Shown here in pieces: positions 35,041 through 45,629 of a stretch of DNA of 64,000 nt (position 1 is its first letter; each line of letters begins with the position of its first letter). Below the pieces are notes generated by a model. The model had not been told where the DNA came from and made no database searches. It saw only the letters and a program-made list of their open reading frames with translations. The stretch lies in IMG/VR virus record IMGVR_UViG_3300017747_000864; one strand, given 5' to 3'. This stretch comes from an uncultured virus (IMG/VR IMGVR_UViG_3300017747_000864). Lineage: Duplodnaviria; Heunggongvirae; Uroviricota; Caudoviricetes. A program made the position numbers and the translations under genes.

Positions 35041-38000
35041 TCCGCTCTTGCAGCCGCTCTTGCATGGTGGCCGCAGCCTCGCCCACAGTTCGGACATTTT
35101 TCTCACTGAAGGGCACTCCAGATACAGCCCTACCCTTTTGCTCCTGCATAGTCTGGGCCATACGAGCTAACTGATCGGGGGTAACTTTGTACTCTGGATG
35201 GCGGGCATTGAACTTGGGGATTTCTTCGCCGATCACTTTTTCAAGCAGATCAAATTTCTGCTTCTCGTAGGCGTGCTTAAACCGGCGAGCAATAAGGTCG
35301 CGTTTGTTAACGATCTGCTGTTCTGCACCTGTGAGTTTGAAGGATGCCTCCCGTGCAGCCGCAACGTCAGCGGGTACAGCGCCCAGAGCCTGCCGAAAGA
35401 TCTCGCCCTTTGTAACCTTATCCGGCGAAACCAACTCCCCTTTCGGCGTGGTATACCCTTCCTCTGCTACACGTTTCGCCACCGCCAAGTTACGGGCAGG
35501 GGCCAGCGGCACGGTTTGTTCAAACGCTTTTTGGTAGTCCCCGATCAAGGCAGATTGAATACCCTTAGCCGCAGACTGTCCGTAACTAAGCAATGGGCCA
35601 CCAAACGCGCTCATCATAAATGCGCCGACGGCTTCAGGAACCGTTGCACTCGGCTTGCCGTCACGGAACCACAGATCGTTAAGCCCGATCCTCCGGCCAA
35701 TGTCTACGTTGGTAAACGCACTCAATGCACCTTCACCAATAATCCGATCCAAAGGTACGTCGAGAATCTTTGTCTGCCCAAGAGTCTTGGGCATCCAGAC
35801 TGTCTTGAACCAAGTTACCGGGTCGATATCCTTGAGTTCCGCAGGCAAATCTTCATCGTCCAGATCATCAAGGAACTTGGTAAGCGCAGTGATAATCAGA
35901 TCGGCAAACGGCATGTTGTAAACACCAGCAACCACCGCAGCAGACATTGCAATACCCGCAAACTTTGTGATCGCTTGTGTTTTGCCTTCCTTGTTAAGAA
36001 GCGGAAGCGCCCGAGCAAGACTGCCGAACAACTGCTGCATAACCACGACTGGGTACATCTTCATGGAGAACGCAACCCTGCCGACAGGGTGCTGCATCCA
36101 CTTGGGCTTACTGCTCAGATCGTAGTCACCGAGTGACTCTTTTACGTCCGCAGCGGCCTGCATGACTGCTTGCTCGTGGGTGAGCCCTTTACTGCGCCCA
36201 ATACGGTAACTAGCAAGATACAGAGCCTCACGGGTAAGACGTTCTGTATTCCGAAGCAGCCCGTTGATTACTACGTCGGCAGTTTTCTTTCCAAGTTCTA
36301 CAGCCTTGCCGGTAGTCGTAGTAGGTGTAGCCGAGGGGATGTTGGCTTCACCTTGCGCTGCGTCCCACAAGAACCCGGAGTAAGTCTGCGTGGCTACATT
36401 CATAGCAGCCATTGCTTGGACGGCGGCTTTCTCATCTCCTGTCAGGTACTGACTGTTGACCAAAGAAGGCGCGACGTATTCAACTTCTCCGTTTGGCAGC
36501 TTACGGGTGATCCCGTACTGCCTCATATCTAGAACCACCCTAGCAACCTCCGCACCTACTTGCGCTGGATTAGCTTTGTGGTTAGCGGAGAGGATCGGAA
36601 TGCCAGAAATAACCAAACCGGAAGGCTGCACAAATGCAGTCATCGCACCCGTGAGGTACGTCAGATAAGTGAACTTGTTGGCAAGCCCTGCGAAAGCATC
36701 CAGAAACCCACGGAGGTTAGGGCGCATTACCGCATCTATTCTCGCTAAAACGGAGTCACGTACCGGGTGATACTTTTCCTCCGTAGCGGTAAAGCGCACC
36801 CTTTGTGCGCGAAGCTGCTGCCCATAGCGAAGCCGGGACAGCGCCGGAGCCATGCCTGTGATATGAGCAGCGATGTTCTGCCCAATATTTACTCGGTATC
36901 CGGCTCGCCCTTTACGCTCGTGAAAATGCTTACGGAAGCCCTGCTCTGGCATCATCGTCAGCCAGATATCAAACATGGCGCTCTTCAAGTCCTCGTTAAT
37001 AGTTACAGTCGATTCACCCGGAACAACCGAAGAATCAACAGCATTAAACAACTCGGACAGCAGCGTTCCTTGAAGGTCTATTCTGCTTCGCAGGTCTTTA
37101 GTATCGTTCCCCATATAGAAGGTGCGATCATCCTGAAGCATCTCTATATCATCAGTGTTGTACTGCTCACGCGCAATACGGCGAGCATCTGATGCACGAT
37201 CTTCTCGGCTCTCGTAGAAATAGACCTGAGGGTTTTCTTTGCCGACCAGCAGGAAAAACTTACCGGGGTCACGAGTCAGCGGTACATACGGCTCGATTCT
37301 GCGCTGCTCTGCAAACATGGCGTAGATCTTAGCCAGCATGTTTTCTTTGACGGCTGGATCAAGCCCCGGAAGATCTTCAATCTGCTTATTAAGCAAGAAC
37401 TCCATGTATCCACGAAGTGATTCGTGATAGTCGATGACCCGCTTATATATGGCCCGCCCTTTATCGCCAAGGGCTTGATACCGAGCATCAAGATCCGGAC
37501 TGCGCTCACGCGCAAAGCGTTTAGATGGGTCAATCCTCATCACAGTGGCTATCTGGATAAGGTCAGTTACATCCTGTTCAAGCTGCGGGTTTCCTTTTAC
37601 GTCACGCACGAGCATGCGTACTTGGTCGATAGCAGACTGATTAAGCTCGTTGATATGACCGAGCATTTGCTGAACGATGTTGTACGTATCCTGAACAGCC
37701 GGTACTTCTTTCTTAAACCAACGGCCAAGAAAATCAAACGACACGAGATCTGCAAGTAGTCTACGGCCCTGATAAGACGCATTGTCGTACTTGTCTTTCA
37801 GGATAGGCAGAACCTTACCTTCGTCCCGCATCCGCTGAAACATACTCATCGACTTATGCAAGTCGGAAGCGCGTGACTGCTGAAGCCCTGTAAGCGCCTT
37901 CTTATAGTCTGCGTTAATCTCTTTTTGCGAGCGCTGCGCTTGCTGTTTTTGCTGCGGAGAAGAAGCACCCAGTGCCTTTACGTCGCGCTCTTCTTGCGCA

Positions 38001-41000
38001 ATGGCAAGCATCTCAGGGGTCAAGCTGGAGCGGATGATCTTATCCGTGGCATATACGAGATCCTTGAAGGCATTGGTGTCGTTTGCACCGATGCCAAAGA
38101 TCCGCATTAGCCCTTGTACAAACTCGGTAAAGGGGGCTTTCTTTATGGCCCCCATCGCTGCCTGCATCAAAAAGACTTGGAAGTCCGGGTCAGTCAAACC
38201 ATAAGAAACAAACTCGGCGACATTGACGAATACCTCGCTGTCGCCATCCTCGTCGCGCAGTCGCTCGATCAGATCTACGACATTCGGGGAAACTTTGCCG
38301 ACGGACTTTAACATCCCGTAGCTGCGTTCTGCCCGCCCACTGGCCCGAACGATTATATCAACGGCCCTTCTAAGGTTGGAGTCCTTGACTGACGCCAACG
38401 CCAAGCGAATTTTTCTAGCAGTGGCCGCATGCAGAATCTCGTGCAGCGCAATGGTGTTGTTGATGCCTTGATGCACGCCAGCAGATGCACCGCGCACATA
38501 GATAACTCCGCTCGCTTCAGAGTACACACCGACGGCTCGGTCCCACAGGCTGCGGGCAACAAGTCGGGGGTTAGGCCGTTGGCCTTCTTCTACAACTACG
38601 AAGCGGATACCTGCAACTGCCCCCTTAAGCCTACGCGCAAGGAAGCGCTGAAATACCGTGCCCTTAGCAATAATCGCGTCAAGAGCGCCCTCGGCAGTAG
38701 TTGCAGCAGCGAGACCGGGGTTAACTACATCAACTCCACCGATCACATCTCCGATCTCATGCGAGAGTGCGCCGGTTGAATTTTCACCTTCACCCGCTGC
38801 ACGACGAAGTCTGTCCTCAGTATCGAGGTAGGTCTCAGCCTGCCTGCGCTCTGCTTCCGTAATTCTAGGATCTGCAAGTGCTTTTTTAACGCGCTTGTAT
38901 GCGGCGGTATTTTTAATACCCGGTATCCGCATCAACTGCATCAGGCCGACGGCGACGTTAGCCCGCATGTAAGACTGATAGTCCGCCAGTGTGGGGAAGG
39001 AATCCGAAGGGACAAATCCTTTAGCTGCGGTAGCCACGGAATCAAGCTGGGCCAGCAGTTTTCCTAGGTGGTAGGTCACCGTCTGGCCGATATTCTTTGC
39101 CTGCTTCTGCCCCTCGTTCTTTTCTTTGCGCTGCTCTTCAGTGAGTTCCATAGCAGGCCGACCACGCCCACGTTTCTCACCCTCACCTTCAGCAAGTTGC
39201 GCCGTTGCTTCCTTGCGAGGCCGACCACGCCCACGCTTAGTTACGGGGGGAGTAGTGTCCTCAACAACTAGCGCATCGGCATCGGCTGCTGCACCGGCAT
39301 CGGCGGCAGGTTCTTTTTGTCCTTGCGTTTCTGCTTGCTGGGCTTGAGGGGCTTGAGTGCCATCAGTCAATCCTGAGTATAAAGTCAAAAGTTCGGTAAA
39401 GGCGTTATCGTTCTTCAGCCCAAGCAGATCCGCGATGTACTGGGTAAACTTACCCCACGCACTAGTGTTCTCGTATTTAATGCGAGAAAGTTTGTACTGA
39501 AAGTCAGGATTACCGAGACCTTCTGCAACAAACTCATAGATATTAGCCGTCCCATAGGGCGGATATTTATCCGTTTCAAACTGTTTACGAACATGCTCGT
39601 ACAGCTTGTTAATTCGCTCAACAACAGGCCGTTGTTTAGCGGTGGGGTTTTTGATTGCTGCTACCGTTTGGGCGTGAACGATCTCATGGGCAAGCACTTC
39701 CTCATCTTGCGCACGATAATCCGGTACAAGAACAACATCGGCATCGGGGTCGTATTTACCCGCCGCAGAGAAGGTGCTGTATGGGGCAGATGCAGTCGTG
39801 CGAACCGCTTGTTCGTCCCCTATATCTTTTTCCAGATTGGCGAGTAACTCTTGCACATCCGCATTTGTACGGACTGGCCTATCCCCCTCGCGCTGGGAGG
39901 AGAACCAACTAATTTCTCCTTGGACTGAGAAGTTCGTTATCGGCCTATTATTAATTACCTCCCCGCGCTCGTAAATAGGAATCTCTATGGGGGCGGCTGA
40001 ATTATTGTCACTACCTTTGTAGGCTTGCGCGGTTTTAACGTAATCCCGCACTGCATCGAGCAGGGCTATCCTAAATTTGGCGTAGTCAATTACCGCAGTG
40101 CGGGAGGCGTTACCGCCCTCTTCAGGTTGCTCAAAGGCTTCATCGTCCACCTTTACGCCGGTCTTCAACCCACGCGCACGGCGGGCAATTTCAGCAACCA
40201 CCTTATTTTTGCTTCTCTCAAGCGCATCAAGAAGTTTGGGGAAGTTACCTTCTCTTACTGCGGTACCCGCAGCGCGGTTATCTCTACGCCCGCGCAGTGA
40301 GCCGGGGTAGGCTTGCGAAGCCCCCAGCGCAGTACCAAATGCCACACGCTGCTGAAGATCTGTGGGTTGCTTCTCTTTGGTAGCCTTGGTTACTGCAACG
40401 GGTTCTGCTGCTGTTCCGCCAGTAGGTTGTTCAACATCTGTTGAAGGAGGTACCACTCCAGTTGGTTCAGTTCCTGCAACTCCTCCGGTGGGGGCGACAG
40501 TTCCGGGGACGCCAGCCACTCCAGCGCCAACTCCACCTGTGGCATCGACAGCTTCTCCAGCACGCTTCTCTCCTACTGGTTCTTCAACAATCTCAGCCTG
40601 CTCATTAGCAAACTGCTCCCGAGCAAAGGTCTCGGCCTGAGCAGGGGGGAAACCGCCGTCGATAAACTCGTTGTATATGGAAAGGAGGCGCTCTTCTTCA
40701 GGCGACCCTACGGGTGGCTGCTGGAATACAGGGAGAGCCTTAGTAATTACTTCGTCAACTTCCGCGAGTTTTCTTTTTACTTCGGCTTCCGCAATGGCAC
40801 GCGCCTCTACCTCAGATACAGGCAAAGTCGCCATAATCTCCTGCACCCTGCGCTCAACATCAGGCAACGGAGCCGAGACGGGAGGCTCAGGAGTAATGGG
40901 AGTCTGTGGCCCGAACGTAGGCTCAACCCTAGTTTCCGCAGGAGAAGCGGGCTGCTGCGTAGCGCCAAACGTGGGTTCGATACGCTCGTATACGGAGGGT

Positions 41001-42133
41001 GGCTCTGGGCGTTCAGCCTGTCGCGTGCTGACATCTTCACCTACTTGAGCAGCCGTTCGGAGCCCAGTGCCGATAACAGCAGACGGGCCAGCACCAAGAG
41101 CCTCGGCCAAAATATCTCCGGGCTTGAACTCTCCAGTAGCTGCTTGCGCTAGCGCCTCACCACCGGCTTCGGTAGAAGGCTCAATAACCAAATTAGCTGC
41201 GCCACTAGCAATATTCTTTGCTACCCGCCCTTTCTTGAACGGCAAAAGCATGCCGCCGCCGAGAGCGTCCATAGTGGCAATAATGCCAGCCCTAGTAAAC
41301 GCTCGATCCCCTGCGGCTTTAAGAAACGCTGGGTCTCTGAGTTTGGCGTCAACGGCTCGCGGATTCTTCGGGTCCACCCCCGCATCGTCCAGCGACTCCA
41401 TGATCGAAGCCGCATACTCCATAGGAAAACTGCCCGTCGCCATGCCAGCCATCATTGCGCCGACACCACCCCGCATCAGCAGGCCCGCTGCTCCGCCAAC
41501 CAAAGACGGCAGCATATTAGGAGTCGATTCAACAGAAAACTGCTGAATTACCGCTCCGGGATTGCTGGAAAACGCTTTCCATGCGTCGCCGTACTTACCA
41601 GCGTTAGCCAGTTTGGTCATGTTCTCCGCAGCCGCACTGCGGGCGTACTCCATCTTCTCCGTTTCGAGCACAGCGGCTCGACGCAAGTTAGGCGGGATAG
41701 CCGCCTCAAGTTTTGCCTTAATGTCCGCCCGTTGCTTGGGCGACATATGCTGAAAACCTAAAGTGTCCTCTGCTTCAGACACAGGCTCTTTGTTCTCTAC
41801 TCGGTCGAGAACATTCAGGAGCAACTGATTGTTCTTAGCTTGCGTAATAAGCTGCGAACTGCCTAGGCTCTTAAGCCCAGACATAAACTGCTCAGGCACA
41901 AGCTGATACCCACGACGCTGCAAAGTCGTGGTCTTTCCCTTAGGCGTAGGGATCGCTTCAGTAGGCTCAACCGGCTCTGCTACGGCACCAAGACGAGATC
42001 CGGGGCCAGCGTCCGCGACGGGGACTTCTTGCTTAGGAGCCTCTACTTTTGCTGGCCCAGCGTCGAATTGATCGAACGGATTAGCCGCTACCGAAGGCTT
42101 CGTATCAAACTGGTCAAACGGATTAGCGGCCAT
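35036..42133 (-). CDS. Giant internal virion/ejection protein, polyvalent type with two zincin motifs and AT-hooks
   Basis: 2365 aa; LAHEIVH...EFVAE and LHEILH...EFVSY; KRGRGRP twice; ANPFDQFD twice at N-terminus; last gene of structural arm. Confidence 0.7.
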   Translation of the reverse strand: MAANPFDQFDTKPSVAANPFDQFDAGPAKVEAPKQEVPVADAGPGSRLGAVAEPVEPTEAIPTPKGKTTTLQRRGYQLVPEQFMSGLKSLGSSQLITQAKNNQLLLNVLDRVENKEPVSEAEDTLGFQHMSPKQRADIKAKLEAAIPPNLRRAAVLETEKMEYARSAAAENMTKLANAGKYGDAWKAFSSNPGAVIQQFSVESTPNMLPSLVGGAAGLLMRGGVGAMMAGMATGSFPMEYAASIMESLDDAGVDPKNPRAVDAKLRDPAFLKAAGDRAFTRAGIIATMDALGGGMLLPFKKGRVAKNIASGAANLVIEPSTEAGGEALAQAATGEFKPGDILAEALGAGPSAVIGTGLRTAAQVGEDVSTRQAERPEPPSVYERIEPTFGATQQPASPAETRVEPTFGPQTPITPEPPVSAPLPDVERRVQEIMATLPVSEVEARAIAEAEVKRKLAEVDEVITKALPVFQQPPVGSPEEERLLSIYNEFIDGGFPPAQAETFAREQFANEQAEIVEEPVGEKRAGEAVDATGGVGAGVAGVPGTVAPTGGVAGTEPTGVVPPSTDVEQPTGGTAAEPVAVTKATKEKQPTDLQQRVAFGTALGASQAYPGSLRGRRDNRAAGTAVREGNFPKLLDALERSKNKVVAEIARRARGLKTGVKVDDEAFEQPEEGGNASRTAVIDYAKFRIALLDAVRDYVKTAQAYKGSDNNSAAPIEIPIYERGEVINNRPITNFSVQGEISWFSSQREGDRPVRTNADVQELLANLEKDIGDEQAVRTTASAPYSTFSAAGKYDPDADVVLVPDYRAQDEEVLAHEIVHAQTVAAIKNPTAKQRPVVERINKLYEHVRKQFETDKYPPYGTANIYEFVAEGLGNPDFQYKLSRIKYENTSAWGKFTQYIADLLGLKNDNAFTELLTLYSGLTDGTQAPQAQQAETQGQKEPAADAGAAADADALVVEDTTPPVTKRGRGRPRKEATAQLAEGEGEKRGRGRPAMELTEEQRKEKNEGQKQAKNIGQTVTYHLGKLLAQLDSVATAAKGFVPSDSFPTLADYQSYMRANVAVGLMQLMRIPGIKNTAAYKRVKKALADPRITEAERRQAETYLDTEDRLRRAAGEGENSTGALSHEIGDVIGGVDVVNPGLAAATTAEGALDAIIAKGTVFQRFLARRLKGAVAGIRFVVVEEGQRPNPRLVARSLWDRAVGVYSEASGVIYVRGASAGVHQGINNTIALHEILHAATARKIRLALASVKDSNLRRAVDIIVRASGRAERSYGMLKSVGKVSPNVVDLIERLRDEDGDSEVFVNVAEFVSYGLTDPDFQVFLMQAAMGAIKKAPFTEFVQGLMRIFGIGANDTNAFKDLVYATDKIIRSSLTPEMLAIAQEERDVKALGASSPQQKQQAQRSQKEINADYKKALTGLQQSRASDLHKSMSMFQRMRDEGKVLPILKDKYDNASYQGRRLLADLVSFDFLGRWFKKEVPAVQDTYNIVQQMLGHINELNQSAIDQVRMLVRDVKGNPQLEQDVTDLIQIATVMRIDPSKRFARERSPDLDARYQALGDKGRAIYKRVIDYHESLRGYMEFLLNKQIEDLPGLDPAVKENMLAKIYAMFAEQRRIEPYVPLTRDPGKFFLLVGKENPQVYFYESREDRASDARRIAREQYNTDDIEMLQDDRTFYMGNDTKDLRSRIDLQGTLLSELFNAVDSSVVPGESTVTINEDLKSAMFDIWLTMMPEQGFRKHFHERKGRAGYRVNIGQNIAAHITGMAPALSRLRYGQQLRAQRVRFTATEEKYHPVRDSVLARIDAVMRPNLRGFLDAFAGLANKFTYLTYLTGAMTAFVQPSGLVISGIPILSANHKANPAQVGAEVARVVLDMRQYGITRKLPNGEVEYVAPSLVNSQYLTGDEKAAVQAMAAMNVATQTYSGFLWDAAQGEANIPSATPTTTTGKAVELGKKTADVVINGLLRNTERLTREALYLASYRIGRSKGLTHEQAVMQAAADVKESLGDYDLSSKPKWMQHPVGRVAFSMKMYPVVVMQQLFGSLARALPLLNKEGKTQAITKFAGIAMSAAVVAGVYNMPFADLIITALTKFLDDLDDEDLPAELKDIDPVTWFKTVWMPKTLGQTKILDVPLDRIIGEGALSAFTNVDIGRRIGLNDLWFRDGKPSATVPEAVGAFMMSAFGGPLLSYGQSAAKGIQSALIGDYQKAFEQTVPLAPARNLAVAKRVAEEGYTTPKGELVSPDKVTKGEIFRQALGAVPADVAAAREASFKLTGAEQQIVNKRDLIARRFKHAYEKQKFDLLEKVIGEEIPKFNARHPEYKVTPDQLARMAQTMQEQKGRAVSGVPFSEKNVRTVGEAAATMQERLQERK

Positions 42134-42135
42134 GT

Positions 42136-44718
42136 TTATTTCTTAGGCAAGTATTGCGCGGAGGCTCCTTCACCAAATTTAGCATCAAACGCCGCCGCTA
42201 GCTTAGGGTTAGCAACAAGGTGGTCAATCTGCTGTTGATTTGGCTTGAGAGCGGTAGGAGCAGGTTTAGGCGTAGCGGGGGTAGCGCCGGGTTTTGGCCT
42301 AGTCGGCGCTGCTTGAGGGCTAGCGGATTCTCTTGCCTGCTGTGGTGTAGGCACTGCTCTGAATTGCGCTTTGAGTTTATCTTCAAAGGCTTTCTCCATA
42401 TCTTCGCCTCTTTGTCGCTCCTCTGCGTCTTTACTAGCTTTGAGACGAGCGGCCTGCACGCCCTCAAGAGTGGATCTCCATTCCTGCATCGCTGCGGCCA
42501 TTTCTTCAGCCACCCTTGCAGTGGGGCCAGTCACAGCCCCAGCGGCCCTATTGGGGCCGTAATCCCTTGTCATCAGCGCGGTTCTCTCCGCAGCCATCCT
42601 ACGGAGTTCAACGGGGTCTGCATTGGGGAACTGCACTTGAAGGTCAGCGAGCGTGCTATTGAACAACTCCTGATCGAGCTTAAACGGCGGGGGTTTGCCC
42701 GCCCCACCAGCGGCCTTAAGGGGTTTGGTCGCCGTCATCCCTTTAGCCACAAGATCCGCGATAATCTTGCGTTTATCGAGTTCTGCTTTCCCGGCCTCAG
42801 TACGATCTTTCCTTGCTTGCTCAAGCGCAGCCGTAGCGTCACGGTGCAGGCCCATACGCTCTTTACGCTCAGCATCAAGCAGGTTGAACTCCATCTGAGC
42901 ACGAGCACGCTTAGCAGCCGTATCTTCCTTGGCGATCTGCGAATACTTCTGCCCCAATACCGACCCCGCTTGGCCGAGACCTTGGGCAAACGTCATACCC
43001 GGCTGCATCATCGCAGCACCAGCCTGAAGGAACGCAGCGCCCTTCTCTTTCTCAGTGTCACGGTTACCCGTTAACTCAGCGATTTGTTTACGGTATGCCT
43101 CGTAAGGAGAAGGGCCAGCCGCTTCTTGCGCTTGTTTCATGTATTCGATTTTGGCCTTAGCGACCTCTTCGGCGGTCATACCCTTGGGCGAGTAATCAAG
43201 AACGTTCTTAATCAAGCCGGGGTACATCTGGGCCAAAGCAGAATACACCTTAGGTTGCCCCGGAGAATCTCCAAGAAGTTGGGCAAGTTGCTCAGGCAGT
43301 CCCATCTCACTCCGCGCTTCCCCGTCTTCCGAGGTGCCACCTGCCTGAAAAGCAACAATCCCGCCGCCAGCCATACGAGTTGGGAGGTTTGATGTCAGAG
43401 CGTTAATCCCAGGCATTGCCTTTGCCCGCTCTTTTTGCATCTCAACGGGACGGCCAATCAGGTCGCTGAGCGTCTGGTTCTTGATTCCTTGTTTGACTTG
43501 ATCAAGTGTCACTGAATCCGGGTCAAAAAACACCTTGCGGTTGATTGCCGGGATACCACCCGTCGCCATCCGCTGCGGCTCTTCAACCTTGCCGCCTTTA
43601 GCCATCATCTTAGACACGCCGTATGCGCCCATGCCGAGACCGGCCAACTGAGACATCATCGGCGGAGCGGCTTGATACGAGGTAGTTGTCTGACCCGGTA
43701 CCGCATAACCACGCAACAGAGCGTTAAAGGCGTTGAGGCGATTAAGCGGGTTTTCTTGCGCTTGCGCGTAGTTCTGGACGGCTTGGTCAATAACCCGCTG
43801 CTGTTGCTGTTGCTGCTGGCCCCCCATCTGGGACTGCATGCCAATGATGTCTTTCTGCGCCCCAAGTTGCTGGCTACCGATATTTGCCAGATTGGCACCT
43901 TGGCGACCGACAAGATCGTAAGCGCCCAGCACGTTCTGCATGCCTTGCTGTGCCCCAGTAAGCCCACGAAGCCCAAGGTCAGCGCCAAACTGCTGCGCTT
44001 TCTGCGCTTGGTCAAATGCAGACTGAAGCCCAGTTGCTTGGATGTTTTGTTTCTGACGCATCAGATCAGCGTTAGCCTGCGATTGAGCAATACCCGACCG
44101 ACCGCCAAACCCGCTCTTGGCAAACCCAGCTTTCATTGCCTGATTGGCAATATCCGCCTGACGCTGCGCTTGTTGCTGCTGAACATTAACGACGTTCTGC
44201 ATGTACGGGGACATGAACGCCTGAGTGGCAAACGGGTTCGTTGCCATCTGCATGTACTGGTTACCAACACCCGCCTGCATACCGGCGATTCCAGCAGCCT
44301 GCCCCGCAGTGCTCAGACCACCAAGACCTGCTTGGGTAGCCATATCCGTAGCGCCACGATACTGTCCGGGCACTTGCAGATTAGCTGTATTACCAAACGC
44401 CTGCTGCTGAAGAGGGGAGAACCCCGCTACATAATTACTAGGATCTTGGCTATACGGAGTGAACGGCTTCATCCCCGTGATTTGCAGAGTACCGTCCTCG
44501 CCCTTTTGGGTCTGGAACATCTCCTGCATACCCGCGCCGAGCACGGACTCGACCTGAGGGCGAAGCCAGTCAGGGATATTGGTTTGCGTTACCGTACTGC
44601 TAGTAGGGCCACCGCCACCGCCACCGCCGCCGTAAATTACCCGACCGGCAACTTTTTTAGTTGCGGAGTCTCCAATTGGCTCACCAAGAGCGTAAAGATG
44701 CTGCCGGGAATAGTTCAT
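42136..44718 (-). CDS. Putative internal virion (DNA ejection) protein
   Basis: 860 aa, Q/A/G-rich; poly-G near N-terminus; MxxGG motifs. Confidence 0.7.
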   Translation of the reverse strand: MNYSRQHLYALGEPIGDSATKKVAGRVIYGGGGGGGGPTSSTVTQTNIPDWLRPQVESVLGAGMQEMFQTQKGEDGTLQITGMKPFTPYSQDPSNYVAGFSPLQQQAFGNTANLQVPGQYRGATDMATQAGLGGLSTAGQAAGIAGMQAGVGNQYMQMATNPFATQAFMSPYMQNVVNVQQQQAQRQADIANQAMKAGFAKSGFGGRSGIAQSQANADLMRQKQNIQATGLQSAFDQAQKAQQFGADLGLRGLTGAQQGMQNVLGAYDLVGRQGANLANIGSQQLGAQKDIIGMQSQMGGQQQQQQQRVIDQAVQNYAQAQENPLNRLNAFNALLRGYAVPGQTTTSYQAAPPMMSQLAGLGMGAYGVSKMMAKGGKVEEPQRMATGGIPAINRKVFFDPDSVTLDQVKQGIKNQTLSDLIGRPVEMQKERAKAMPGINALTSNLPTRMAGGGIVAFQAGGTSEDGEARSEMGLPEQLAQLLGDSPGQPKVYSALAQMYPGLIKNVLDYSPKGMTAEEVAKAKIEYMKQAQEAAGPSPYEAYRKQIAELTGNRDTEKEKGAAFLQAGAAMMQPGMTFAQGLGQAGSVLGQKYSQIAKEDTAAKRARAQMEFNLLDAERKERMGLHRDATAALEQARKDRTEAGKAELDKRKIIADLVAKGMTATKPLKAAGGAGKPPPFKLDQELFNSTLADLQVQFPNADPVELRRMAAERTALMTRDYGPNRAAGAVTGPTARVAEEMAAAMQEWRSTLEGVQAARLKASKDAEERQRGEDMEKAFEDKLKAQFRAVPTPQQARESASPQAAPTRPKPGATPATPKPAPTALKPNQQQIDHLVANPKLAAAFDAKFGEGASAQYLPKK

Positions 44719-45143
44719 AACTCCGCCTCAACCAAAGTAAGCCTTGGTTCAAAACCGTAACGCTGCCAGAGCCGCACGATGGATTCTCTTCCGTAGCCCT
44801 GAATCTTGGTGGCCCCTCGCTGCTTGAGAATATGCTTTAACTGCTCAAACGTCGCTTGGCCTGCGATCAATTTTCCGCCAATAGCAGTAATAAAAGCAAC
44901 ACGATGTAGTGGGTAATTGACGAAAGATACGGTACAAGCACCACGAATTTCGCCATCTTCAACCGCCACAATCAACAGCCACGCCCCGTTAGTCAGGAAC
45001 ATTTGCAGGTGATGGATGTTGTAGTTTGAATACCAGTCAGGGAACTCCGGGCTACTAGTTAGAGCCTCTTCCAAAAACGAAGCAACCTGAGGCCAGAGTT
45101 GAGCCACATGCTCAGTCTCTACATAGTGAACTGATGCCGTCAC
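44715..45143 (-). CDS. GNAT-fold-like protein in the ejection module
   Basis: AFITAIGG...GATKIQGYGR...LWQRYGF. Confidence 0.55.
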   Translation of the reverse strand: MTASVHYVETEHVAQLWPQVASFLEEALTSSPEFPDWYSNYNIHHLQMFLTNGAWLLIVAVEDGEIRGACTVSFVNYPLHRVAFITAIGGKLIAGQATFEQLKHILKQRGATKIQGYGRESIVRLWQRYGFEPRLTLVEAEL

Positions 45144-45622
45144 CTGTAAAGCCCTGCGATCCCGTAGTTCGGAGAAGTCATACCTTCAAACTGCATGCCG
45201 TAGTCACCAAACGGGTTCAGCCCGCCGATCCCCTGACCACCCATGTAGTTTGCTTGAGGGGCATAGAACTGCTGGGAATAACTGAACGGGTTAACAAACT
45301 GCCCAAACGGAGAACTATAGTCTTGCCCGTACTGACTTACGGCAAGTGGATTCCCCTGATTGTAGTCCTGATAGGACGGCTTATACACGGGCTGATAGAA
45401 CTGCCGCGACATATCCTGAGGAGTGTACTCAGACGACAGCATATTTGGCTGAGCACTAGAGCCTCCTAGCAAATCAGCAATACCACTACCTGTGTCACTG
45501 CCGCCACCAAAGTCACCGGGGTCGCCGGGGCTGGGGCCATCAACTCCTGATTCGCCACCAATCCCAAAAGAATAAGTTCTACGCCCAGCAAAGTACCCGT
45601 TGAATTTATTTGGAATCAGCAT
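45140..45622 (-). CDS. Low-complexity putative internal virion protein
   Basis: 160 aa, G/Y/Q/P-rich; GAGGT RBS; N-terminus shared with 45630..46727. Confidence 0.7.
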   Translation of the reverse strand: MLIPNKFNGYFAGRRTYSFGIGGESGVDGPSPGDPGDFGGGSDTGSGIADLLGGSSAQPNMLSSEYTPQDMSRQFYQPVYKPSYQDYNQGNPLAVSQYGQDYSSPFGQFVNPFSYSQQFYAPQANYMGGQGIGGLNPFGDYGMQFEGMTSPNYGIAGLYR

Positions 45623-45629
45623 CTCAACC

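Noticed and set aside
35036..42133. Virion RNA polymerase (N4- or crAss-like)
   Set aside because: No convincing catalytic motif; DEDGD lies in an acidic loop next to a zincin motif, and early promoters are sigma70 type
43672..44760. Long antisense ORFs (also 35198-36136, 17461-18315, 57597-58355)
   Set aside because: Shadows of real genes on the opposite strand with no recognisable motifs or RBS
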